From the NCBI GenBank assembly GCA_004431415.1, contig QPMI01000525.1:38187-102186 (forward strand): a stretch of 64,000 nucleotides of DNA. The letters run 5' to 3'. This document shows positions 37,901-49,461 of the stretch, piece after piece (positions within the stretch are counted from its first letter, which is position 1; every line of letters begins with the position of its first letter). The stretch comes from Cyanophora paradoxa CCMP329 (Eukaryota; Plantae; Glaucophyta). The position numbers were made by a program, and so were the translations under genes. The notes beneath the pieces were generated by a model that was not told the origin of the DNA, searched no databases, and saw only the letters and a program-made list of their open reading frames with translations.

Positions 37901-40900
37901 TCACCAAACCTCGTTTGTCGTGCGAGATCTGCTCCAATCCTGTGCTGCGCTGCTCGCCTCGAAGGTGCGTACGTCGATCGTACGAAGTAAAAACCATCAA
38001 CCGCTATACCTGCCGCACTGCTTTTAATTTAGTTAATGTCATACTTAAGGCTTTTGATGGTACTCTCACGAAATAACAGTGCTGCAAAAAGCAAAAGCGA
38101 CACCCTGGGCATTCAAGTTCGAGCTCTAATATTAATTCTTTACAAAGTTCCGGGCAAGCCTGCGAGTCTCTTTTGTATATAATAAAGTACGCGTGCAGGT
38201 TGAAGAAGAAGGGCTCGCGCTGACGATCGATGTTGACGAGAACGTGCCGCGTGAAATGGAGGGCGACGCGAACCGGCTGCGGCAGGCGCGCGGGAGCCCT
38301 AGACACACACACACACACACATTCACATTAAATATATATTGCGACGCCTCTCATTGCGGATGATTTGACGCGCGCAGGTCATCCTGAATTTTCTCTCCAA
38401 CGGAACCAAGTACTCAAAGGTAGCTTTTGCCCACGCCCACACGAATTTCAAATTTTAGTGCCTGTCTTCTGTCCGCCTGTCGAAATTTATCACAAGTGCT
38501 CGTGTTCGCAGCACGGGACTCTCCGGTTGCGCGCGCTCCGCATTCCGCCGGGCGCAACGGTACCCGGCCCTTCGAATTCGAATGCTAGCTATAGCTTCTT
38601 TCTTTCTTTAATGCTCGAAGTTCAACATTCGCAATACGAAATATTCCTCTTTTCCTTCACATTGCGCTACGATTCCTTCATTATCGACGCAAAGGCGCAG
38701 GCGCCGGCGCGGCTGGGCGAACTCGGCGCTGCGACGCCGCGGGTGGAGCACGCGGCGCCGGAGCGCGACATAGAGCACGACCAGCTCTTCCTCGAGGCGC
38801 GCGGGACCGTAATTATAACTGGGTTCTTCTTTGAAATGCATATGCGGTCATTAAATTAATTATTGGAGTCTTGTTCTTGTTATTGGATTTTAACTCCAGG
38901 TGGCTAGCTTTATATAGCGGCTGCAGCTATTATCCCATCCGCCTCTATTATTATATAGCGGCTGCATCTTCCTCGAGGCGCGCGGGGCCAGCCGTAATGG
39001 GTTCTTGTTTAAGATGCATATGCGATTATTGGATTTAAACTTCAGGTGGCTAGCTATGTATATATTGCGGCTGCATCTATTATCGAATTCGCCCCTAAAA
39101 GCAAATGTATAGCTCTTCTTTGAGGCGCGCGGGGCTGTACCTGCGTTCTCGTTACAAAAACCAATAAATTAAATGATTCGCGCAGGTTCGGGACGAGGGC
39201 ATCGGCATCGCCGAGGCGGACTTGGGCCGGCTTTTCCGTCCGTTCAGGCGAGTGCCGGCTGTGATCGCAACTTGCGACGCCGCGCCTGGCGGTCGCCTAG
39301 TTCTTTGCTTGAGCCTTCTTATTATCGAATATTATTATCTCGATTTGCGATCGGAGTACTCCAGTTTCACGCGCGATCGCCCGTGGAGATCGGAGCTGAC
39401 GGAGAAATCGAACACAGCCGTGTCTTTACAGCGCGAGCCGGCCGCCGGAGTTCGAAATCGACGGAGAGGGCCGGCGAGAGTCCGAGCAGCACAAGCGACG
39501 CCGAAGGCCTGGGCCACTACCTCGAGAGCGACCCGGGGGGCACGGGCCTCGGCCTCGCAGTCAGCCGCGTGCGCTTCGAAATTCGCTTTCACTTCCCATC
39601 CGCGCTGCTTCCTTCTCCTCCATATGCATTCATCGTACCCGCTTGTACGACGCTCATCCTTATGCTCATCGTGCGCGTGCAGGAGCTCGTCATGCTTATG
39701 CACGGCGTGATCGGCTGCACGTCGGTGCGCCGCACGGCCATGGGGTCGATCATGAGCCGGGATCTTCCCAGCGCTAGCGCCTTATTCTCTTCCGCGTCCG
39801 CAGGTGCCTGGCGTCGGCAGCGCCTTCTACGCTTGCGTACCCATCCTCCCCTCCTCCGCCCCGCCACACGAGGTCCGCGCGCCTTCACCTGCTTCTGACC
39901 ACTCAATTAAGAACTGCACATGAATTTCTCGTGCCGCAGAATGCACCTCGGGGCCATGGCCATGGCCATGGGGATTGGAGCCCCCGGATGCGGTCGCCGA
40001 GCTCGGGCTCGGCATCGAGCGCCGGCTCGAGCCCGTCGCCGGGGGCTTCTTCCGCCGTCTCCATCGCCTTCGTGCGTGAGCGTCGACATTATATTATATT
40101 TCTCTGATTTCTCTGATATTCTCTCTCTCTCTCTCTCTCCCCGCCCTCCTCTGATTTCTCTGACATTTTTCTGCAATTGCGCGAGCACAGAAGACGCCCC
40201 CGTCCGTGCTGCTCGTCGACGGTCCGCCCTTCACACTTGCGCCGCTGCCGCAAAATAATCTCCCAAATATATAGTCTCGCACAATTCGCGTGTCGCAAAA
40301 CCACAACGCGCCTTCGAATGCTTTTTGGGCTTGCACCGCTGCAGCCAGCTAATTTAGAATCTCCCGGATCGTTTCGCCAACTAATTTCCCGGATCCGGAA
40401 CCCCCGCATGCACTATTTTATTGCAGACAACTCCTTCAACCGGGAGGTAGCCACGCTTATGCTCCGGAAGAGCGGCTGCGTTGTCGAGACGGTGCGCGCG
40501 AGCGCTCTGCAAGAACGGCTTATGCCGTGGAAATCGAAATATGCATGCTCAATCGCTGTTTTCGCAGGCGGAGGACGGGCGGCAGGCGGTCGACGTGTTC
40601 GCGGCGCGGCAGGAGACGGGCGGCCCGCCCTACGACTGCATCCTCATGGACTGCGAGGCGCGCGAGAGCCCTGCAATACTATCAGTTCGGCGTTGCCGAA
40701 TTGATAAATCTAGATGTGCATCGCCGTCGCCATCGCCGTGCTCCATTTACTCAATAAGGCTCCCGCGATTCTAGATTTCTGCGGCGTCGATTGATGTGCA
40801 TTATCATCGCTGGGCTCTAGGTTCCCATCATTCCTGGCGACTTGGCAGAGCTTGCAACCCGCGCACGCGCGTTTTCCGCGATCGCTCTCTGTAGCTGACG

Positions 40901-41396
40901 AAGCTCGAACAGATGCCGGTGCTGGACGGGCTGGGGGCGGCGCGCGAGATCCGCCGCCTCGAGGCCGGCGCCGCCCCGCCCCGCCCCGTCCCCATCGTCG
41001 CCCTGGTCCGCTGGGGCCCCTATAGCTAGGCCTCCCCACCTTGTAGTTGACATCGCCGCTCTGATTCGTTTGCGCGCACACAGACCGCGCACGGTGCCTC
41101 CGGCCGCCTGCCCTTCGATACATATGGCCGCGCCTCGGATTTTCGCCCCTCTTTTCCTGAGGCTTAGGCTTTATCGGCGCATGCAGAGCTGGAGGAGAAG
41201 CGGGCGGCGTGCCTCGACGCCGGCATGACCGACTTCGCGCGCCCTCTTCTCTTCTCTCTAATTTCGCTCTGTTTTGTGCCCTCAGACTCTAATTTCGCGG
41301 CAGGTGACGAAGCCCATGACGAAGGCGAAGCTGCTGGCCGCCGTCCTCCACGCCGTCGAGCCTGAGCCCGAGGACGAGGAGTACGCCGCCGTCTAA
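31955..41396 (+). CDS. Phytochrome: PAS-GAF-PHY-PAS-HisKA-HATPase-REC hybrid kinase with GAF-Cys bilin attachment
   Basis: Spliced motifs: EEEPLEYVNAVQGFAALVAVD (PAS), FDRCLFYRFDRNGEGCVVAE, YLGLRFPAWDIPLAARRFFLRN, DLTYVDSRRASPCHLQYMLNMG, LFGLLVLHN, WGG..LSPRKSFATWK (PHY tongue), DWNAACEDFFG..EEVLGK (PAS), TVSHEVRTPLSGLLGML, GDANRLRQVILNFLSN, VRDEGIGI, GGTGLGLAVSR, DNSFN..ILMDCEMPVLDG..GMTDFVTKP. Stop TAA at 41394-41396. Confidence 0.95.
33715..33783 (+). other. U12-type (minor spliceosome) AT-AC intron in the phytochrome gene
   Basis: Begins ATATCCTT (U12 5' consensus), has CCCTCGAC 10 nt before the end, and ends CAC. Removal gives TGC CAC C/TG CAG TAC = C-H-L-Q-Y, restoring the conserved phytochrome spacing exactly. 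Confidence 0.88.
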
Positions 41397-42146
41397 TTCG
41401 ATTCGATGTCGATCCGGCCGCGCGCCGATCCGCTAGGCGAGCTTGGTATATATATATTAATATTCGGGTCACGTATGCATATGCGTAACTAATCACGAAT
41501 AATTTCTTCTGCTTCTAGTACAACTAGCTTTTCTTCTGCTTCTAGTACTAGTTAGATCCCTGTAAACTCCTCGTGATCAGCTTACATTTGTTAGTAGGAC
41601 ACTCGTGGACACTCGCTAGTACTAGTATTAATTCGAATGTTTCTCCTGTGCCTTGCGCCTCGAATATCGTTGCCGTCAGTCTAACGCTTTTGCCTGGACT
41701 CTTCGTCCCGAGTACTAGTCCCCCAGATGCAGGATTATATATAATTAATGTTCCTGTGCCTCCTGCATCTGTAGCTGTGCTCTTTTTCTGCCGTTGATGT
41801 TGCTCGGAGCTTGTACATGTGCGGCACTGATTCACGGGAGGGCCCGGGGGAGGGGGGGGGAAGGGGAGAGGGGGGAAGGGGAGAGGGAGGAAAGGGGGGG
41901 GAAGGGGGGGGGGGGTGCGCAGGTGTCGGAGCAAGGCTCTGCGGTTGAGCGCGCGCTCGGGGCCGGCTTAAGTTGCGAGCGGGGTCCCAAGCCCCAGCGT
42001 CGCAGGCTCTATATGTTACAAGCCTCCTCGCCGAAGAGCAGCGGAAGATCTAATTTGTATCATTCTTCTGGCGCTATAAGCAGCGGAATATTTAATTCAA
42101 ATCACTTTATTGAATTTAAGAAGAGCAGCGGAATATTTAATTCAGA

Positions 42147-45100
42147 TCACTCTTCTGGCGCTGCAGCCGCTGGCCCCGCGGCTGAGCGCGCGCTCGGGGC
42201 CGGGGGGCAGGCGGGCGCAGAGAGGGGGCCGAGCTCCGGCTCCGGCTCCCGCGCCCTTCGCCTCCCCACGAGGTACGCCTGCGCAGGACAGGCGCCGCGC
42301 GTCCCGTGAGCCCCGCGCCGCGCTGCCTCCGCCTCCGCGGGCGCGCGCGCCTGGATTCTCCCTTTGCCCTTGGCCTCCACTTGGCGCGGCTCCATTTCGT
42401 ACATGTCCCGCACCCGCTCTGCGCGGACCACCTTTGGTTTGAATTCGAGGACGTGCTGGGCGGGGATGATAGCTATAGGTGGCGGAGGCGACCAAAAGGG
42501 AGTCGAACCACGTCGAATTAATCTCATTAATGGCTTATTAGCTGTTCTTAGTTATAGAAATCTTAAAACGGGGATAAATATACAGCGGCGGACCGTAGGT
42601 GGCGGACGAGACCTGGATGCGGCCGGGCACCCCCGTGCTCTCCATCCTGCGCGGCGGGCCGGGGCGTGGGCCGAGGGGCGGGCGCGCGCGAGGGGCGAGC
42701 GTCCGGCCTATCCCATGGACTCGAGCGTTTAGAAAAGAACTAATGCCTTTTGAAAGCCCCCGCTTAGCTTCGAATTCGTTGATTTCTTATATGGCGGGCG
42801 CCGGGGGCACCGGGAGGCGAGGTTGACGCTGTCGCCGTAGACGTCCCACGCGATCTTCCTCGTCGCGATCACCCCTGCGGCCCCGCGCGAAGGGCGGAAC
42901 GTCAAATAATCAAATAAAAGGGGCGGCGAGGGGCCCCCGAGCCGCCCCGGCTCCGAGCCGCAAGCCTGCGCGCCTGCAACCACCGAGCTGCGGGGCGGCG
43001 GCGGCGGCTGTCAGACGGTGGGCGCCGGAGGGAGCCGGGGGCGCGAATGGGCGCGCGGACCCCGTGTTGAGTCCGGCGCTGCGAGCGAGAGCGAGAGCGA
43101 GCGCAGGGGCGTCAGAGCGCGATCCGCGAGCTCGAGGGCGGGGGCAGAGCCCGAGCGGGCGTGGCGCGGCCCGTGCGGGGCGGACCGGAGCTTGAGATCG
43201 ACGCCCGCCACCGAGGAGACCTCCTGCGCATGCCGGGCCGGATCGGATGCCGTGAGCGCAACGCGAACTTAATTAATTAAGAGTCTCCTATCCAATGATA
43301 AAACCCACTTCTAGTACGAGCTAATGAGCTAATGTATATACAACGGACCCGCATGGCGGCGAAGACGGCGAGGCAGAACTCGACCATGTGCCCCGGCGGC
43401 TCCCGCGTGATGTAGAATGCCTGCGGGCCGGGCCGGAAGCGTCGGGGTGCGCCCCGGCGGGCCCTTGGCCAACGCAGCCGGCCGGCCGCGCGTGGGGACT
43501 TGCGAGTAATTATAAAATTGCGTACCGTGTCCCCGATGAGCTTCACCTGCTCGCGATCGGGGGCGACTTTAATTTCAGCGAGGCACTCGGTGGGCAATGG
43601 CGGCGGCCCGGCGGCCCGGCGGCGCGGCGCGGCCCGGAGGCTAGGGGCCAGCGCGCGCCTTCTCAACGCGGAAGCGGTCGTTGACGGCGTCGAAGGCGCG
43701 GAAGATTGACTGCGCATGCGTGCACGCACGCCGCCCCGCCCCCAACGCCTTAGCGGGCCGGCGGCCCGGGGGCAGGGGCGGGGGCGGGGGCGGGGCGGGG
43801 CGGGGGTGGGGGCGGGGCGGGGCGGGTCGGGGGCGGGGCGGGGCGGGGCGGGGGCGGGGCGGGGGCGGGGCGGGGGCGGGGGCGGGGGCGGGGGCGGGGG
43901 CGGGGGCGGGGGCGGGGCGGCGGTGGGGGCGGGGGCGGGGGCGGGGCGGGCCTGGAGGAGGGCGACCGTCTGCGCGGGCGGCTTCTCCGCCGAGAGCGCA
44001 GCGAAGCCCTGCGGCCGCGGGCAGGCCAGAAAAGAATTCGAATGGTCAGAAGAGAAGCCAGTCAGAAGAAAGAAGCAAGGAAGAGCGCGGAGGCGCCGGC
44101 GTGCGTGCCGGGATGTCGAAGAAGGCGAGCGTGGCGTCGTCCAGCAGCTGCGCACGCGTCGTTGGAGAAAGCTTCGTCGCTTGCGTTCGTTCTTTGAGAG
44201 AGATAGCTCAACGCGGCTTATGTATAATTAGGTGCGGCGGCAGAGTTGCAAGTTTTTAAGGGTCTGCCCTGTCGGGCAACCCTGGCACGCGTGCCTTGCT
44301 TGCACTCGGTGTTCTATATCAACTCTAACCGTCCCGTGCGGCCGGCGCCGGCGCACGTCGGCGATGCGCTGCTCGCCGGCGATGAGGCGGCGGGCGATGT
44401 CGGCGGGCACCATCGTCCGCAGCAGCGCGTCCGCCCGCTCCTGCAGGTCAGAGAGCGTCAAAGCTGGCGGAGCGGGGCGGAGCGAGGGCCTGGGGCGGCG
44501 CGGCGCACGACGGCGGCGCGGAGGGCGCGCTGCTCGGCGACGAGCGCCGAGACGTCCCTCGCCACCACCACGAAGAACGGCTCCTCCCCTGCCGCCGCCG
44601 AGCTCAGGCGGGGCGGGGCGGGGCGAATTCGCGCACGGTCGCGGTCGGTGCTCTCGGTGAGGCCCCCGCCGAGGGAGACCTGCGCGGGGAAGCGTTCGCC
44701 GCCCCGCCGCACCCCTTCGATCGAGTCCTCCTGCCGGGCGCTTGAACTAATTGCAAACAAACATGCAGCTGCAGAGACGGGGAAGGGCGCGGGCGAGCCT
44801 CGGGGTTGCCACCGATGACTCCGCTGCGGATCGGGACGCTGTGCGGGGTTTCTAAATCTTGAATCGACTGCGCGCTGCGAGGGGCGGCCTCAGCTGCGGG
44901 AGCTCGAGACGGAAAGCTGCGGCGGGCCCTCGCGTTGGCCGGCGCATGCGCGCCTGAGGCGGCGGTCGCGAGGCGCGAGCCGCAGGGAGGGGAAGAACTC
45001 CTCGAGGCGGGACCCCGCGAGGTCCTCGGGGGCGCCGCAGTTGAGGATCGCAGCCGCCGCCCCGTTCGCTTTCTGCGGCGCGTCCAAATTAAAGGCCCCC

Positions 45101-45928
45101 GAAGCAGGAGCGGCGGGACAGCGGGGCGGGCCTGAATGACGCCCCCAGCGTCGACGATAAACGTTGGGTCTGCACATGCGAGCTCTTCGGTTGGGTCTGC
45201 ACACGATTAGGAGAGTCGTGCACGACCCTCAATTCGAATCTAAAGCGGCCCTCACCGATGGTCCCCGGGAGCCTCAGGACGGACCCGCCGAAGAGGATCG
45301 CATTGGTGCCCTGCACGCGGCGTCGGCGCCGGTGGGCGGCGGGGGGGGGGGGGGGGGGGGGGGGGGTGCGGGGGGGGGTGCGGGGGGGGGGGGGAGACAT
45401 CGCAGCAGTGGCGCTGCGGCGCACGTTTGCAAGGAATGTCTGCGCGATCCGCCCCATCTCCATCTGGACCTGCCGGAAGCCCCCGCGCCAGAAGGGCGCG
45501 CCGATAGGCGTCTGGGCGACGGCGAGCTCGACCGACAGCGCCGCGAGTGCCGCGGTGCCGTACTGCGTCACTAGAATCTGCGGGACATGTCACAGTGTGA
45601 GTGAGCGCCCGCGGCCAAGGCGGCGGGCGAGGGAAGGGGCGTTGGGGTGCGGGGCCGGACAGCGATGGAGAGGAGGCCCCGGCGCTGCTGGGCGCGGGTG
45701 GCCGCCACGACGACGGCGAAGGACGCGGCGACGAGGCCTAGGGCCAAGACGGCTACGATGCAGAAGCGGAGGAAGAGGCCCGCCAGAGGGCCTGCGCATG
45801 CGGGCGGGCGGCGCAGCTGAGGCGCGGCGCGGAGCGGCGCCGGCACCGGCGCCGGCGGCGGGCTCGCGTGAGCGCGGCGGACCGAGGAAAGGGGCCCTCC
45901 TGCCCTCCATCTGCGCCCCACGAGCCAT
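42147..45928 (-). CDS. Membrane-anchored PAS-domain class III nucleotide cyclase, predicted adenylate cyclase
   Basis: [101 protein letters not shown]. PAS segments ANGAAAAIL and GVRRGGERFPAQVSL; N-terminal TM helix. The Lys (VKLIGD) plus Asp (WDVYG) pair indicates ATP specificity. Confidence 0.88.
43770..43950. repeat. (GGGGC)n tandem array, potential G-quadruplex, intronic in the cyclase gene
   Basis: About 180 bp of near-perfect GGGGC/GGGGGC units. Confidence 0.9.
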
Positions 45929-46263
45929 CACGAGGCGAAAAGTAACCGTATGCCGAGCGAGGAGCTAAAATCGTTTTTTCAGAGAAAAGAGGCGCGCCTC
46001 GAAGCGGGCGTAGTCGGCGATCGCCGCCTCCGCCTCCTCGGCCTGCGTGGGGCGCCAATCAAAAATTATATATAGTGTCTTATAAGACTTTTGATTTATA
46101 TAAATCTTTCTCGTTATATATATTGTGACTGTTAAGACTATGTGGGGCGCAGAGGGGAGTGAGGTGCGCGCGGCGGCACGTGCGGAAGCCGTGCAGAGGC
46201 GAGCTCGAGCAGCGAGCAGACTTTATCGGCGAGCTTCGAAATTCCACCGCAATCCCGAAATTT

Positions 46264-48450
46264 TCAGACGGCGCGGCGCACCTCGTCCTCGCGATCGCCG
46301 CTCGGCGCCTCGGACCCGAGGGCGGGGGCCTCCCCCTCCTCCTCCCCCTCCCCCTCGACCCCGCCCCCCCGCTCCGACGGTGACGACGCCGCCGCTTCGT
46401 CCGACTGCAGGTTGGGCGTGTCCGCCCCGTACGCCTGCGCCTCTCCGCCCGTGGCATCAGGTGCCGCCTCCTCGCGCTTGGGGAAGAGGGGGCCGAGGAT
46501 TTCCGCTCGGATTTCGCGCGCAGTGCTCCGCGGGATCTGAGTCGGGTCTTCAATTTTAATTCGAGGCGGCAGGGGCGGGCGGGGAAGGGCCGAGCGGGCC
46601 TGCAGGAAGACGCGGAGAAGGCGATCGCGGGTCCACCTCACATACCAGAGCACGGGCAGCATCACCCCGAATCTGGGCGCCCGGTGAGGCGGGGCGAGCG
46701 CCGGCCCGATTGCGGGGCGGGCGTGCATGAGGAAGACAGCAAGGCCAGCGGCGGCGCAGAAGAGGGCAAGGGAGGAGCGGCGCATGGCGCCCAGTCGGTG
46801 GATCTGCAGGCGGCCGAGCTCGTAATTTGGAGGCACGCGGGGACCGGGCCGTGGCAGATTCAGAGAGCGGCGCGGACTGAGCTGGTGACGAAACTAAACG
46901 CCACGGCCAAGTTGCCGCCGGGGAGCGCCACGTGTCTGGCCATGGGGCGCTTATAATTAGGCTTCAGAGGAACCGAAGGAGGGAGGAGGAGGGGAGCAGA
47001 AATTAATTGAAGGCCTAGATCTAGAGGGTTCGCACGAGTTGGCGAGGAGGAAGAAGAGGCCAGGGGTCATCCGGCCGGCCGCGATCGCGCGGAGCGCGGA
47101 CGCAGACGCAGATGCGTTGGCGGCAGCCGCCGCGGGCGGCCCCGCGGCCGCGGCTGCCGCCGGAAGCAGGGCTGCCGCCGCCAGAACGTCCTCGGCCGAG
47201 CGGAGCGCCGTCAAGAGGCCGTCCAGGAGAGTCACTGTGCGGTTCCTTTGGCTGACGGCCGCGGCGGCAGCCGCGGCGGCCGCGGCGGGGCCGGACGTCG
47301 ACGGCGGGCGCCCGGCGCCGGCGTGGCCGGGGCGTTTGGAAGCAGTACCAGCTCCCGCACAGTGACGTTGGACGACCAGAGCTGCTCGCGCGTCAAGAGA
47401 GGCGGCGCCCGGACCGCGGTCCAGGGCTGGGAGAGCAGAAGCGCACGTCTGCAACGGGAACGGATTTCCCGAATTCTCCCTCGGGCACGTTGAAGAACAG
47501 TTCCTGCAAGGGCGATCAGGAAGCTGCCGCAGCGGGCCCGCCTGAACCCCTCTCTCCGATACGGCACGCCTGAAGAGCGCGTCGCAGGTCCTCAGTGCAC
47601 TCGCGGAGCTGCGCTGCGGCGGCGGCGGCGGCCGCCGGCCCGCGGAGGGCGGGCGGCACAAGGGGCGGGGGCGAGGCGAGTACCGCCAGCTGGAACGCCC
47701 GCGCTTTCTGTGGGCCGAGCTTCACTTCGAATTCGAGGGCGGCCGGCAGCGGCCCTCGCGATCGCAGGAAAGGGGCGCGCGCGCCTCGCCCATGCAGGGG
47801 ACGTACGAGCGCGTCCGCATCGCGCTCAGCGCTCGGCTGCGGCGGGGCCGGGCCGGGCCGGGGGGCAGTCACTGAGTCAGCCTCGAATCGACGCGCCATC
47901 GGGCGCGGCGCGAAATTTGAATCTGCGCACTTGTGCACGCGGAAGCTGGAGCGAACCACATGAAAGTTCGCGAGGAGCGCCGCCAGCAGCGCCAGCACCT
48001 GCCCGCCCACGGTCACGCTCCACTTGCTATTGGGGAGTGCGCGGTACGGAGAGGCACGCACGGAGAGGAGGAAGGCGACGTGGAGGACGGCGAAGGCGCG
48101 GTGGTAGCGGGCCCGCACGTCGGTGGCCACTTCGCGGCGCTGCGCGGCCGACCCGTGCGCCCACTGCCGCTTCAGCGTCGACGCGGCGGAGGACGTCCCG
48201 CCCCCTGTGTCCTCGCTCGGCTCCGACGCCGATGCATCCAGCAGCGCCGTTGTTGCGTCCTGCGCGGTCGGCCGCCGTCGGTCGGTCCTCGAGCTCGCGC
48301 CGAAGCGTAGCGGGGCGGGCAGCGCGCGCGCGCCTCCAGATCGTTGTCGAGGCGACGCTCACGCAAGCCGCCCATGCGTATCGATATCGCGCGCACGCCC
48401 GAAGGGGGCGCCCGCGCCTCCCGCTCCGCCTGCGCCCGCTGCGGGAGCAT
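46264..48450 (-). CDS. Hypothetical multi-pass membrane protein (multi-exon)
   Basis: Hydrophobic segments AFAVLHVAFLLSV, VLALLAALLANF, SLALFCAAAGLAVFLM and FGVMLPVLWY joined by plausible introns; likely ATG at 48450. No family recognised. Confidence 0.5.
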
Positions 48451-48465
48451 GCGCAGGCCGTTAAG

Positions 48466-48748
48466 ACACATAGTAAAATGCGGAGTTTTAACCCTCGGCT
48501 TATCTTAATTGATTTTGTTGATATATCTCGTATATTCTATTTCAATCAATCGATAATCTGTGTATATCTTATCGAATATTCAATTATTTCGATTATTTTG
48601 TATTCTTTTCGATATTTTATCTTAAATTTCTCTTATTTTCCGATTAGTCTTACTGAGTCTATCGATAATCTGTATATATTTCCGAATAATATAACTGAAT
48701 CTCAATTAGATCTTGCCTCTGGTTAAAACTCCGCATTTTACTATGTGT
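48466..48748. repeat. 28-bp perfect inverted repeat at the element terminus (arms 48466-48493 and 48721-48748)
   Basis: ACACATAGTAAAATGCGGAGTTTTAACC ... GGTTAAAACTCCGCATTTTACTATGTGT, extending imperfectly inward; internal direct repeat ATCGATAATCTGT. Confidence 0.95.
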
Positions 48749-49000
48749 GATTGGTCTAAAAGTTAATTGATTTAATCGATATTATATTCATGTACTTTCT
48801 CGATTAAATTTAATTAAATTTAATTCATTTAATCGGAAATATATCGCTAAACTCGATTAAGATCCATAAAAGATTCATTTGTTAAATAAAACAAATCGAT
48901 CTCTTATTGAATTCAATCGTAATTATACATGAAATTGATATGTTATTATCATGTTTTAATGATTCTAAGGGGGGACCCTTAGGATTTTTGAAATAATTGG

Positions 49001-49461
49001 GTGTGACAGGTGTGACAGGTCTATCCCAAACTTTTGATAGTTCATTTTTATGTTATAGAAAAGTTTGGGATAGACCTGTCACACCTGTCACACAAACCAT
49101 ATTCAGTAAGGATCTCTTTTAATGTTAAAATTTCAGTGTTAGTTGGTGTAGTTGATTCACAAAATGCATCCTGTCACACCTGTCACACAAACCATATTCA
49201 GTAAGGATCTCTTTTATAATGAAAAACTCAGTAACAATAAGTAAGAAGTTTATCTATGTAATTCTACTTGAATAAACAAATGAAATAATCGAGTGTGACA
49301 GGTGTGACAGGTCCATCCCAAACTTTTGAGAGTTCATTTTTATGCTATAGAAAAGTTTGGGATAGACCTGTCACACCTGTCACACAAACCATATTCAGTA
49401 AGGACCTCATATATTGTGAAAATCTCAGTGTTAGTTGGTGTAGTTGATTCAAAAAATGCAT
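49001..49461. repeat. Two 35-bp-stem hairpins within ~292-bp direct repeats, built from GTGTGACAG iterons
   Basis: Arms 49001-49035/49059-49093 (perfect) and 49293-49327/49351-49385 (one mismatch), both with 23-nt loops; extra half copy at ~49170-49188. Confidence 0.95.

Noticed and set aside
19938-45928. Bacterial origin of the two-component and cyclase genes
   Set aside because: All are interrupted by many spliceosomal introns.
47710-48726. 338-aa ORF crossing the host-virus junction
   Set aside because: Antisense GC-rich shadow frame running into a T-rich terminal repeat; not a credible fusion gene.
49001-49461. Possible CRISPR array
   Set aside because: Repeats are inverted pairs with near-identical loops; no unique spacers and no cas genes.
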